Source: Poseidonia sp. (GTDB taxonomy: Archaea > Thermoplasmatota > Poseidoniia > Poseidoniales > Poseidoniaceae). Taken from it: 64,000 nt of DNA. The stretch lies in contig JAURAI010000009.1 in assembly GCA_030829545.1 (NCBI GenBank), forward strand, positions 1,041-65,040, in the 5' to 3' direction. Below the pieces are notes generated by a model that saw only the letters and a program-made list of their open reading frames with translations, ran no database searches and had not been told where the DNA came from. Below, piece after piece: positions 53,526 through 63,048 of the stretch. The position numbers and the translations under genes were made by a program. Positions within the stretch are counted from its first letter, which is position 1. Each line of letters opens with the position of its first letter.

Positions 53526-56500
53526 CTAGTAATCGTCAATTTCAGCCATTTCCTCTATGGACTCACCTCGGCGAAGTGCAGGGCTTGAGAAACCAGCAAG
53601 GTCTGCGAATTCATGATCGCCAAGTTGCGCTTTGTTGATGTTATCTGCTCGATTGGCCAAGGCCCGTTTCTTTCGCTTTCGTCGTTTTCGCCACTTGCGA
53701 ACCACCAATACCAGGAGCAGTATAACGATGGTCGGATAGATCCAAAATTGAATCAAAAAGTACATCCAACCAACTTGAATTCTAAAGAAAATTTTGTCCT
53801 CAACATCACCGGCAGGAACGTAATAGGTCAACGTTTGACGGCCTCCATCTTTGGATAGAATGAGCTCGCCGGAAGTTGATGACACGTCAACAAATTGAAC
53901 ACCCCTCGGGAGGGTGAACGAAATCGGACCGGTCAAGTTTTCTGAGAACATGGACGTATCCAATTCTACGCCACCCACTTCGCCAATTAGTTCGGGTTCA
54001 CCAGCACCAAGACTGATTGTAACTTCCTCCCTATCCTCTCCCTCAGGGGGATAGGTCACACCGTTCGTTCCTACGAGTGAATTGTACAACCCTTGAGTAA
54101 AGAGATTTGAGGCCAACCGCATTGGCTCTAAGAACACCGATTGCAATGTATCGGTGACGACATTGATTCGCAGGCCATCGGTATCCCCTTCTTGCAACTC
54201 AGCGACATTTGCATCCACTCCGATGGTGAAGGATACTTCGGGAATGCTAACCTTGAATGTAAGCGGCTCATCATCAGTAACATCTTGGTCTGGAGCCTCA
54301 ATACCTGAAATTGAGGTTTGGATGATGAAGGAAGACAAGTCCATGGTTTGGACCTGATCAAACTCCATCTCAGCCTCATCTCCTGCGGTATGAATGACAC
54401 TGGTCACAACCTCGCCGATGTCCTCGGTGAAATCCTTCATCCCTTGACGCGTGCCTGTCACCTTGAGGTCCGTATCCCCTATCGTCCCAAAATCATGCGA
54501 AAGGGGTTCGTCCATCCGGCTTGAGATGTCGATGAGCAAACGGATGAGGTCGGATGGAATTGCCTCCATCGTCACACCCGTCCCTCCACTCTCAATACTT
54601 CCGCCGGGGATGCCAATTCGGTAAACGCTGAATTCAACATCGAGGGCGAAGGTAAAACTCAGGGATTGAGACCATTCATTGAGATTGAACTTCTCCCAAT
54701 CAAAATTTATTGAACTTACAACGCATGTGGACTGATTGGCATGACAAATCACGACGTCGTTTTCGTCACGGATTTCATGTTCCCAATCATAAGGATTGGT
54801 TCCAGTGAGGGAAATTTCTGTTTCTTGGGTGCCTTCAATGGTTTTGTTGAGGACGATTTTCGATGTGCCATCAAGGGTCGAAATCCAGGATGGTACAAGG
54901 ATTTCAACGGTAAGTTCTGAAGGTGGAAGGTTGTTGGGGATGATCGTATCAAGGTAACTCGAGTCAATGATTGTGTCGAGCGCAATGCCTGAATTCATGA
55001 CCCGTTCGAGATCGTTTTGTTGAACGCCATTGAGGAAGTCATCCACCATTTGATTGGTGTTGTAAGCCTTGAGAATGTCAACAAGACTCATTGAGAAGGG
55101 TTGACTGGTCGTTTGCAAGTAAATTGGATAACTCGCATCCATTGCTACGTCACCTTGTAAACAATAGTAAAGACTCACGCCTGCTGCAACAGGTTCAGTA
55201 CAACCCGTCGAGTGTGAATAATTCAGCCCACCGGCTTGATCAAAGATACCGTTTGCTTCGGTTTGTGAGACCCATTCAAGTTCACTCATTTCGATATCAC
55301 CAACGCCCGCAACCGTATCTCCCAGACCTTCAACGATATCTCCCAACGGGAATTGATTGGTGAATTGAGTCAAATCAACAATTCCGTTGTGATAGGCCAA
55401 GCGAATTCCATCGGAAGTAATGACGGGGACGTATGCTGCGGAAGAGACTGAGAACATGTCAATACCCCAACTCGAAAGCGTTGCATCGTCAAGATAGTAC
55501 AAGCCTGCTGCAAAATCAATGGTGGCTGCCGTATCGTCTCGAAGGTCAAGAACGAGTTTGATGTCCAGGGCTTTCGAGTCAGGTTCAATCCACACCGTTG
55601 GCGTTTGGCTTGAGTTACGATGGGCCATTTGTAAATTGACCGATTGAAGAAGGTCGGTGTCGACTTCTTGAGCATCGAGGTGGTCCATTGACCATTGAGC
55701 TGCCCAGTAACTTGGTGGGCCGACCCGAGCGACCACGGACCCGTTATCATCAACACCCATGACGGTGGAGTAACTTGGTGGATTGATGACGAAATCTGAT
55801 TTGTGACCCGGTTGAGTCGTCAATTGAAAACTGGTATTGATCTCAGCGCCCATGGTCAACAAACCTTGGTAGGTCCGCTCCAAGTCAAGCTCCGAGGTGG
55901 CGTTGAGATTGAAATTACCCGCTGCTAAGTCGACCGAAGCGACGGCGGTGAAGCACAAGGGTGGTTCAAACACATTGTCAACACTCGCACCTTCAGCGAG
56001 TGAATCTGTGGCCTCGTCGGTCGAGCATGCAGTGGTTATACCGGCGTTGGTGAAGGAGTTCACATAATCTGTGGAAATGCTTGTAACGGTACCAAATCCA
56101 GATTCAAGAGCACTTTGAACCGCATCGTTGACTTCGGATTTCAATTTCTGCCCAACCGTTGGAGAGCCCGCTCCCGCCGTGGGTTGATTGAAGGTTTCAC
56201 GAATCAAATCGGCTGGCGCTCCATCGTTAGCATCGAGACCGTCGGTATCTTCGAGCGCATCGCCAATGATGGTTCCTGAACCCAATCCAAGAGAGTCTCG
56301 CTCAAACTCACGGACCGCCCATGTCAATTCGAGGTTGATGGAGGAGGTTGAAACCAGGTCAAAGACATAGGTGCCCTCTACCCAATCCTGACGGTGGGGC
56401 GTGAGATCTTCGGCATGGTCGTATTCATCACATGTCCCACCGGTAGCACTGCAGGACTGCATACCTGCAGCACTCACAAGGGGCGCCCACATCTGTAGGC

Positions 56501-56570
56501 AGAAGAGCGACGTGATGAGAAATGGTAGAATACCGAATTGAAATGAGCGTGATTCGGGCTCGTGCGTCAT
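53526..56570 (-). CDS. 1014-aa type-I surface protein of unknown fold (S-layer/adhesin candidate) with polybasic juxtamembrane tail
   Basis: Signal peptide FGILPFLITSLFCLQMWAPLVSAAG. Many N-x-S/T sequons. TM FWIYPTIVILLLVLVV followed by RKWRKRRKRKKR. I recognised no family motif. Confidence 0.75.
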   Translation of the reverse strand: MTHEPESRSFQFGILPFLITSLFCLQMWAPLVSAAGMQSCSATGGTCDEYDHAEDLTPHRQDWVEGTYVFDLVSTSSINLELTWAVREFERDSLGLGSGTIIGDALEDTDGLDANDGAPADLIRETFNQPTAGAGSPTVGQKLKSEVNDAVQSALESGFGTVTSISTDYVNSFTNAGITTACSTDEATDSLAEGASVDNVFEPPLCFTAVASVDLAAGNFNLNATSELDLERTYQGLLTMGAEINTSFQLTTQPGHKSDFVINPPSYSTVMGVDDNGSVVARVGPPSYWAAQWSMDHLDAQEVDTDLLQSVNLQMAHRNSSQTPTVWIEPDSKALDIKLVLDLRDDTAATIDFAAGLYYLDDATLSSWGIDMFSVSSAAYVPVITSDGIRLAYHNGIVDLTQFTNQFPLGDIVEGLGDTVAGVGDIEMSELEWVSQTEANGIFDQAGGLNYSHSTGCTEPVAAGVSLYYCLQGDVAMDASYPIYLQTTSQPFSMSLVDILKAYNTNQMVDDFLNGVQQNDLERVMNSGIALDTIIDSSYLDTIIPNNLPPSELTVEILVPSWISTLDGTSKIVLNKTIEGTQETEISLTGTNPYDWEHEIRDENDVVICHANQSTCVVSSINFDWEKFNLNEWSQSLSFTFALDVEFSVYRIGIPGGSIESGGTGVTMEAIPSDLIRLLIDISSRMDEPLSHDFGTIGDTDLKVTGTRQGMKDFTEDIGEVVTSVIHTAGDEAEMEFDQVQTMDLSSFIIQTSISGIEAPDQDVTDDEPLTFKVSIPEVSFTIGVDANVAELQEGDTDGLRINVVTDTLQSVFLEPMRLASNLFTQGLYNSLVGTNGVTYPPEGEDREEVTISLGAGEPELIGEVGGVELDTSMFSENLTGPISFTLPRGVQFVDVSSTSGELILSKDGGRQTLTYYVPAGDVEDKIFFRIQVGWMYFLIQFWIYPTIVILLLVLVVRKWRKRRKRKKRALANRADNINKAQLGDHEFADLAGFSSPALRRGESIEEMAEIDDY

Positions 56571-56621
56571 AATTCATGCTGGGGTCGGGAACTTGAAAGG
56601 AGTTCCGCTTGTGGGACCCTC

Positions 56622-57767
56622 ATGGAGCAACCTCGAAATCTTCATCCTTTTGTGGCCGTTCATCGCCATGAAGGCGAGATTGCTCATGCTCTTCTCAAAC
56701 AGCATCTGATGCTCAATTCCGACCTTTCTCCACAGGAAGTCGAGAACGGTAAGGTCGCCTTTCCTCTCATTGAAACTGCGACTCAAGACGCCGTTGAGGC
56801 ATGTCTGCAATCGGTTGACATGAGTCCAATTTTTTACACTCTAGAAGCAAGCATCCAACCACTGGTCGACCCTCACCGACGGTTGGCAAAGGCGGTGGAA
56901 TCTTGGGCTAATCACCACGCAGCAGCGACACATGCCGACCTGCTCTCCTCAGTACCGTCCAAATGGGAGCGTCTTGGCGGACTCATTCTCCTTCCAGCCG
57001 ACCTCAGCGAACAACCATCCTGGCTTGAAGTGATGAATCACCCGCAATGCGAAGATATGTGGTTGGGTATCCTCGATGCCCTGAAGGGCGATTCCCTCGG
57101 TATTCAGGCGCCAATTGCGAACGATACCTTTCGCTCATCTCAAGTGAACATGCTTTACGGCTCCTCCGAGGTCCGTTTTCTGGACCACGGCATCACCTAC
57201 ATCTTCGATGCAGCAAAGGTGATGTTCTCTTCGGGAAACGTCACTGAACGACGGCGAATTGGAGCCATCAGCATGGAAGGGGAAACGGTGATTGATGCCT
57301 ACGCTGGCGTGGGCTACTACACCCTACCCATGCTGGTTCACAGCCAAGCTGCCCACGTCCATGCGTGCGAAATCAATCCTGCATCCATCGCAGGTTTGCA
57401 AGCAGGGGCAGCAGCCAACAAGGTTCGTGAGTGCTTAACGGTGCACGAAGGCGACAATCAAGTCAGCCTTGCCAGCCTTGTTGGCATGGCAGACCGTTGC
57501 CATCTCGGCTTGCTTCCATCATCTGAACCCGTCTGGGAATTAGCCATCAAGGCCCTGAAATCACAAGGAGGATGGCTTCACGTTCACATGAATGTCGAAG
57601 AAGAGCGCATTCCGTCATGGATGGAAGCAACAAGGAATCGCTTTCAAGCATGGGCAGACCAACACGACCTTGGTTTTGAAGTCCACAACAGGCATCTTGA
57701 GCGGGTCAAATGGTTTGCACCCTTCGTTAGACATGTTGTACTTGACCTCGAATGCCGACGAGTCTAA
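56622..57767 (+). CDS. Met-10+ fold tRNA-modifying enzyme, Taw2/TYW2 (or Trm5)-like
   Basis: VIDAYAGVGYYTLPML...VHACEINPASI...GDN...ADRCHLGLLPSSE matches the SAM-binding core, including the LIPSSE-like motif of TYW2/Taw2. The start is placed at ATG 56622; GTG 56562 would overlap the divergent gene. Confidence 0.75.
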   Translation: MEQPRNLHPFVAVHRHEGEIAHALLKQHLMLNSDLSPQEVENGKVAFPLIETATQDAVEACLQSVDMSPIFYTLEASIQPLVDPHRRLAKAVESWANHHAAATHADLLSSVPSKWERLGGLILLPADLSEQPSWLEVMNHPQCEDMWLGILDALKGDSLGIQAPIANDTFRSSQVNMLYGSSEVRFLDHGITYIFDAAKVMFSSGNVTERRRIGAISMEGETVIDAYAGVGYYTLPMLVHSQAAHVHACEINPASIAGLQAGAAANKVRECLTVHEGDNQVSLASLVGMADRCHLGLLPSSEPVWELAIKALKSQGGWLHVHMNVEEERIPSWMEATRNRFQAWADQHDLGFEVHNRHLERVKWFAPFVRHVVLDLECRRV

Positions 57768-57773
57768 CTCATG

Positions 57774-58769
57774 TCATTCGGTCTTTTGACCGTCGATTAC
57801 CAACTCAGCCACGAGGATACCATCCTCTTGTTCCATGAGCACAGGAATCTCCGTACGTGCACGGACAATCCCTACCACTGCAGTGACGATGAGGAGGATG
57901 ACCAACGGAAAGGTGACGACACGGACAAAGGATTCCATGAAAGAGGATTGTGTCTCAACCGGTTCTGGTGGATTGCGAATCAACCCGTCCGGGTCAGCAA
58001 CGCCAACCATTTCCATGGAAAGGATCTCAACCTGGTAAATTGGCCTCCCGGCTGAAGAGGCTGGATTTTGGATTTCTTCGATTCCGGTCGGATCGTCACT
58101 GGTAGGAGTCACAGCAATGGCCCGGATATGAGTCATGCCGTCACGCACGATACCAAAGGTTGCATAGCCTTCATCGTCACGATTCTCTGGGTCTAAATTG
58201 TGGGCCTCAGTTTCTGCAATGTACCACTGGGCATCTGCGGAATCTGGATCAGCACTGCGGGCCATCCCAAGAGCACCGTCCACGTGTGAAAGATTTTCAT
58301 CGTGCTCCAAGGGGATGGTTTCGCCCGTTCCACCACTTCCGCAATTCGGGCTGGTCAATGGGTAGGCTCCCAAGGCCTTGCAGGTTGGATCGCCTGATTG
58401 TGTGACGAAATCGTCAATGACGCGGTGAAAGAAAACACCGTCATAGAGTCCCGATTCGACATGTGCAATCATGTTGCTGGTCGTAATTGGCGCCCATTGT
58501 TCAAACAATTCGATGATGACCGTTCCGTCAACGCGCCCGCTGAAATGACTTTCTTGATACGAAACACTCATGGAAATTACTGCGTTGCCGGTGTAAGATT
58601 CCATCATTGGAGAATCTTCGGTTTCAGGGCGGTCGGTCCATTCAGCAGGGTCGAGCCCGTTGCTGCGCCAGAGTGGTTCTTGGTCTTGAGCACCGCTTAC
58701 CCCAGGAATAAGCAGCGGGAGAAGCAAAAGAAGCACCAGCATTGGGGCCATCCCTGCGGTGCGAGTCAT
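57774..58769 (-). CDS. Cyclophilin-type peptidyl-prolyl isomerase, secreted and C-terminally membrane-anchored
   Basis: Signal peptide PMLVLLLLLPLLIPGVSGA. FHRVIDDFVTQSGDP cyclophilin core. C-terminal TM FPLVILLIVTAVVGIV. Confidence 0.85.
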   Translation of the reverse strand: MTRTAGMAPMLVLLLLLPLLIPGVSGAQDQEPLWRSNGLDPAEWTDRPETEDSPMMESYTGNAVISMSVSYQESHFSGRVDGTVIIELFEQWAPITTSNMIAHVESGLYDGVFFHRVIDDFVTQSGDPTCKALGAYPLTSPNCGSGGTGETIPLEHDENLSHVDGALGMARSADPDSADAQWYIAETEAHNLDPENRDDEGYATFGIVRDGMTHIRAIAVTPTSDDPTGIEEIQNPASSAGRPIYQVEILSMEMVGVADPDGLIRNPPEPVETQSSFMESFVRVVTFPLVILLIVTAVVGIVRARTEIPVLMEQEDGILVAELVIDGQKTE

Positions 58770-58859
58770 GGTGGGGGATTGGCACCACCACCATGAAAGA
58801 TACGGCTGCTGGTTCTATTCACCATCAAGAAGAAAAAGGAGGAGGAGGGTGGTTCACGC

Positions 58860-59243
58860 ATGGAAGAACAATCAGACTTCATGCCCAATTTGACGCTCGG
58901 CTACGGAATGTTCCTCATCCTTTGGGGCGTGGCCGTATCGGTTCTCTCTGAATCGGACTCGGTTACATCCTATTTCCCGAGTTTCCTAGGAGCACCCATC
59001 GCTGTTTCCGGATGGATGGCAAAGTCCAATCCTGACCGTCGGAAAGACTGGATGCACGTCGCTGTGGTCGTTGGATTGTTGTGTGCCTTGGGTGGAACAC
59101 GTTTCTTCATGGTGATGGGTGACGGACTTGATTACGCCTCAGGATCGATGCTCATGTTGCTCTTGACGGGCTCGGGCTATACCTTCCTGTGCGTTCGCTC
59201 ATTCATTGCGGCTCGAAAGGCCAGAGAAGCGTCAGCCTCTTGA
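58860..59243 (+). CDS. Small 4-TM membrane protein, unknown function
   Basis: Strong AGGAGGAGGGTGG lies upstream of the ATG. Four hydrophobic segments in 127 aa. Confidence 0.55.
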   Translation: MEEQSDFMPNLTLGYGMFLILWGVAVSVLSESDSVTSYFPSFLGAPIAVSGWMAKSNPDRRKDWMHVAVVVGLLCALGGTRFFMVMGDGLDYASGSMLMLLLTGSGYTFLCVRSFIAARKAREASAS

Positions 59244-59265
59244 CGGTGAGAACCTTCCCAACACC

Positions 59266-61131
59266 ATGGCCGAAGGCGAACCTGCTGCCGAAACCGAGGA
59301 CAAGTCGGTTGAAGGTCGCACCCAGAGGCAGTTGAATTTCTCTGCTGGGGCGACCATTGCGGTTTCAATCGTCTTTCTATTGCTGGCAATGACCATCGGT
59401 CCGTCGGTTCAAGAAGCCATGGATAAGAATGCAAACTTCAGCGGTGAGTGGTGGGAAACGCCGCTTCGAGAACGTCATACCATGGACCTACCGATGGACA
59501 CCCTTCGAGCACAACTTCCCGTCAACGGAACCTACGAGGTATTGCCCTATGAGGAGCATTTCGTTGAAGTCGACTTGCCTGCCAGTGAACAAGATGCGGG
59601 AGTCCCCGGTGACGCCCTGATGCATGTTGCTCTCTGGTTGCCTGACGTCCCGGAAGGCACCAAGATACCCGTGATCATGACCATTCATCCCTACTACGAC
59701 TTCGGAGGAGAGGGGATTGTCGGTGACGATTCATCACCCAATACCGTGCCAGACGGCGGTGTCGGCCAATGGGTCTACGATACCTTTGTCCCCCACGGCT
59801 ATGCACTCGCTCAAGCCTCTACCTTTGGCACCGGCCAATCAACCCACTGTCAGGACGTGAAAGGTCTTGGTGAACAGACGGGTATTCAAGCAGTGGTTGA
59901 TTGGTTAGGCGAACAGAGTTGGTCCAATGGCAACGTTGGCCTGATGGGTAAATCCTACGCTGGAACAACCAATTGGGAAGCCGCTCAACAACCCTCACCT
60001 TACCTCAAAACAATCGTCCCGATTTCAGGCTCCATTGGTGTGCAGGAAATGTTCTATCGAAACGGTTCGTCAGAAAGCAGAGCCATGCTGTATGATGCGC
60101 TTTACGAAGGCGCTACGACGGATGCGGGAACTGACGACATGCGAATGTGCGCAGACGACGCCATCGGACCGCTTAATCCGTTCACAACGTGGGCAGGCGC
60201 TGAGTTTGGCGGTGCGCAATGGAACGATTACTGGGATGAGCGCCGTCATTTGCCAGATGTTCTTGAGAATTATCGCGGCTCAGTATACCTCGTATGGGGT
60301 CTGCAAGATTGGAACGTTGACCCCTATCACGCCTTCCCGACCTACCAGATGATGCGCGATGCGGGCATCAACGCCCGAGCCATCGCCGGACAGTGGGCGC
60401 ACAACTATCCTGACCAACCTGACCGTCACAGCGAATTAGGCAGCGGTTACGGTCAAGAAGCCTACCCCAACATGAGCCGAATGGATTGGGCTGTCGAACT
60501 CTATCAGTGGTTCAACTACTACCTCAAAGACATTGGAGAGGAGCCTGAGTCAATGGTGCAAATTCAAACCCACGACGGTCAGTGGCACGTGGAAGAGACC
60601 TGGCCTCCTGCCGACATGAGTTGGTTGCCCGTCGCCCTCGATGCCGCAGAAGGGGATGGTGGTACGGTCAACGCCAACAATCAGCGCTCATTCCGGCTGG
60701 CTGCACTCGAAGAACCTGCTCACATTTCTGGCATGCCAACCTTGCATCTTTCGGTTGATACCTTGACATGTCAGGGCGGTCAAATTTTTGCCACCATGTA
60801 CGCTGATGGACTGCGAATCGGACATGCAACCATGGATGTTCGCTACCGAGACGGTGGCCATGAAGCAAAGACCACCTTCCCGCTTTCGAGTTACCTGATG
60901 TTGATGGAATTCAACCCGATGGACGTCAACTTGCAAGCTGGTGCGGAAATCGAAGTCGTCCTCACAGAATCTGGAGAAGATTACCTCCCAAGTCCCTGCG
61001 CAGCCATTGGCCTCAACGTCAATCTTGACGCCTCCTCGACGCTGAGCCTTCCGCTCATCGACCGGCCCGCTGACGACGAACGCTGGTTCTTGGCCCCTCC
61101 TTGGTGGGAACAACAACCAATTCCATCCTGA
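59266..61131 (+). CDS. X-Pro dipeptidyl-peptidase (S15) / CocE-NonD family serine hydrolase with N-terminal membrane anchor
   Basis: The nucleophile elbow GLMGKSYAGT, P.IMTIHPYY and the C-terminal beta-sandwich region are typical of S15. The start is placed at ATG 59266 (MAEGEP), after the preceding gene ends. Confidence 0.8.
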   Translation: MAEGEPAAETEDKSVEGRTQRQLNFSAGATIAVSIVFLLLAMTIGPSVQEAMDKNANFSGEWWETPLRERHTMDLPMDTLRAQLPVNGTYEVLPYEEHFVEVDLPASEQDAGVPGDALMHVALWLPDVPEGTKIPVIMTIHPYYDFGGEGIVGDDSSPNTVPDGGVGQWVYDTFVPHGYALAQASTFGTGQSTHCQDVKGLGEQTGIQAVVDWLGEQSWSNGNVGLMGKSYAGTTNWEAAQQPSPYLKTIVPISGSIGVQEMFYRNGSSESRAMLYDALYEGATTDAGTDDMRMCADDAIGPLNPFTTWAGAEFGGAQWNDYWDERRHLPDVLENYRGSVYLVWGLQDWNVDPYHAFPTYQMMRDAGINARAIAGQWAHNYPDQPDRHSELGSGYGQEAYPNMSRMDWAVELYQWFNYYLKDIGEEPESMVQIQTHDGQWHVEETWPPADMSWLPVALDAAEGDGGTVNANNQRSFRLAALEEPAHISGMPTLHLSVDTLTCQGGQIFATMYADGLRIGHATMDVRYRDGGHEAKTTFPLSSYLMLMEFNPMDVNLQAGAEIEVVLTESGEDYLPSPCAAIGLNVNLDASSTLSLPLIDRPADDERWFLAPPWWEQQPIPS

Positions 61132-61140
61132 GGGGCCCAC

Positions 61141-61479
61141 GTGCGCGTGTTGGCTTTTGAGGACACCTACGACATTGAAGCGATGCTCGTCGCAGGTGGA
61201 GTGGATGTTGAGACCATGACGCTCCAACAACGTTGGAATTCCAATGATGCTCTGCGGCACATTCGGTCGTTCAAGCCAGATGTTCTGCTTCTCGACCACT
61301 TCATGCCCCCAATGAACGGTCTTGAGGTCCTCAAGCGGTTGTTGGCTTCGGCAACTGGACGACCCGGAACCATCATCGCAATGTCAAGTGAACCTTCAAT
61401 GAATGAAGCAATGCTTCAGGCTGGAGCAGATGACGGTGTGATCAAATTTGATATTGCGACGTTGTCAATTTGGGACTGA
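61141..61479 (+). CDS. Stand-alone CheY-like response-regulator receiver domain
   Basis: MRVLAFEDT (acidic pocket), VLLLDHFMPPMNG (phospho-acceptor Asp), IIAMSS and VIKF (conserved Ser/Lys positions). GTG start lies 9 nt after the peptidase stop. Confidence 0.7.
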   Translation: MRVLAFEDTYDIEAMLVAGGVDVETMTLQQRWNSNDALRHIRSFKPDVLLLDHFMPPMNGLEVLKRLLASATGRPGTIIAMSSEPSMNEAMLQAGADDGVIKFDIATLSIWD

Positions 61480-61480
61480 T

Positions 61481-62224
61481 TCAGTCCTCGTCGTACGGCT
61501 GCCAATCATCTTGGCCTTCCTCACGATACCACCAGTAACCGTCTTCGTCCTCAAACCACTCAACGCCATTTTCGTCAATGGAGTAATTCTCGTCCTCGTA
61601 TTCCTCATCATCGGCTTCTGCCTCTGCTTCAAGTCGCGCTGCTTCAGCGGCCTTGGGGTCAACAAGTCCGGATTCTTCGGAAATACGACGCTTGGCGTCA
61701 TCAACGTCGGTTTCTGCACCACCGAAGACACGGTTGGTCGTACGAATCTCGGCCTGATGGTCACCTTGACGAATGGCATTGTCTGATTCTTCATAGAATT
61801 CATCGGTCATTCGGTCACGGAATTCTTCGAACTCATCACGGCCAAAACTACCGGTAAATTCGTCACCCTTGGCCTTCATCAAGTCATCGAGGTCAATTCG
61901 CTTCTCGCGCTTGAGTTCAGGTGCATCGGGGATGTCGCCCCCGTAAAAGGCGTCTTCTTCGGAATTTAACTTGCTGAAGACACGCCCTTCGGGGTCGGCT
62001 TCTTCAATCGCTTCGATGATCAAGTCATGCTCTTCCTCATCGATGTTTTCTTCCTCGAAAGCATCACCTGCTTGGTCCACCAAGGCTTCAAGTTGTGCAG
62101 CCAATTCTTCTTGGTCGTCTTCAAACTGGTCGACCATCTTGTCAATCTGTTTCAAGAGGCGTTCGTAAGGACTGCCAGTGATGGCTCCAAGGAAGCGACC
62201 AAAGCCACTTTTCTTCTTCGCCAT
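61481..62224 (-). CDS. Highly acidic cytosolic protein with C-terminal WW-like Trp-rich motif
   Basis: 247 aa, Asp/Glu-rich throughout, with a basic N-terminal MAKKKSGFGRF. The C-terminus is NGVEWFEDEDGYWWYREEGQDDWQPY (nt 61484-61579). Confidence 0.65.
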   Translation of the reverse strand: MAKKKSGFGRFLGAITGSPYERLLKQIDKMVDQFEDDQEELAAQLEALVDQAGDAFEEENIDEEEHDLIIEAIEEADPEGRVFSKLNSEEDAFYGGDIPDAPELKREKRIDLDDLMKAKGDEFTGSFGRDEFEEFRDRMTDEFYEESDNAIRQGDHQAEIRTTNRVFGGAETDVDDAKRRISEESGLVDPKAAEAARLEAEAEADDEEYEDENYSIDENGVEWFEDEDGYWWYREEGQDDWQPYDED

Positions 62225-62301
62225 GAACGAGCCACGACTTTACACTTCTTCAAAGATTGTCCTCGGCGGAACCTTTTGATGGACCTCTGCCTGCCAAGAG
62301 C

Positions 62302-63048
62302 ATGGTGGAGGCATGGTTGGTCACGCTCATGCAGGGCTACAACCGTGAATCTTACGAGCAGCGAGCGGGTTATCTCGCCCAAGTCCACATGCCTGGTCAC
62401 GTCTTTCAATCCTTGATTTGGTGGGCATTGCAATCCCTTCCTGATGAAATTCTCGTGGGCATCGATATCGACGCAGACCGCCCGCATCGAGTTGAGGTAG
62501 AGCACTATTTTTCGGGTGATGAGGTCCATAACCAACTCTTCCAAGGCCAAGGCTACACAATCAAAGAGGCTCATATTGTGAACAGAGGAGACTCATACTC
62601 CGTTCACCACCTCCCTGAGGATTGGACCGACGACATGTTCTCCGCAGACCGAGGGTCACGGGCGGGTCGCTTCACCCACTGGTTGCACACTCACCCCAAT
62701 GCTCCGGCCATACCAAGCGGGCCGGATGCTGACGCTGCGCAGGAAACCACTGGCATTGACATGATTCTTGGCCTGCGCTTTTCTCCGGAGGGGTTCTTGC
62801 CTTGGTTCGATGGTGTTGAAGGGACTCGCCGAAGCATGAAGGCTCCAGAGAAGGAAAAGAAACCTCGTAAGCGCTCGTTCTTTGCAAGAAACGCCCTGCC
62901 CGTTCTCGGAAAAGCTCCCAGCGGTCACTCAATTCATGAAATCCAGTTGATTGGATTCCACAAATCCGGTGTCGGCGTGAACGTCATTTTTGTTGATGAT
63001 GCTGGCCTACCATACGGTTGGGATGAAGAACAAAACAGAATGGCCTAA
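62302..63048 (+). CDS. JAMM/MPN+ family metalloprotease (JAB domain) with basic insertion
   Basis: Exact H-x-H-x7-S-x2-D motif HTHPNAPAIPSGPD (nt 62686-62727). Upstream Glu in LPDEILVG. The insertion is KAPEKEKKPRKRSFF. ATG at 62302; the ORF track uses TTG 62257. Confidence 0.75.
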   Translation: MVEAWLVTLMQGYNRESYEQRAGYLAQVHMPGHVFQSLIWWALQSLPDEILVGIDIDADRPHRVEVEHYFSGDEVHNQLFQGQGYTIKEAHIVNRGDSYSVHHLPEDWTDDMFSADRGSRAGRFTHWLHTHPNAPAIPSGPDADAAQETTGIDMILGLRFSPEGFLPWFDGVEGTRRSMKAPEKEKKPRKRSFFARNALPVLGKAPSGHSIHEIQLIGFHKSGVGVNVIFVDDAGLPYGWDEEQNRMA

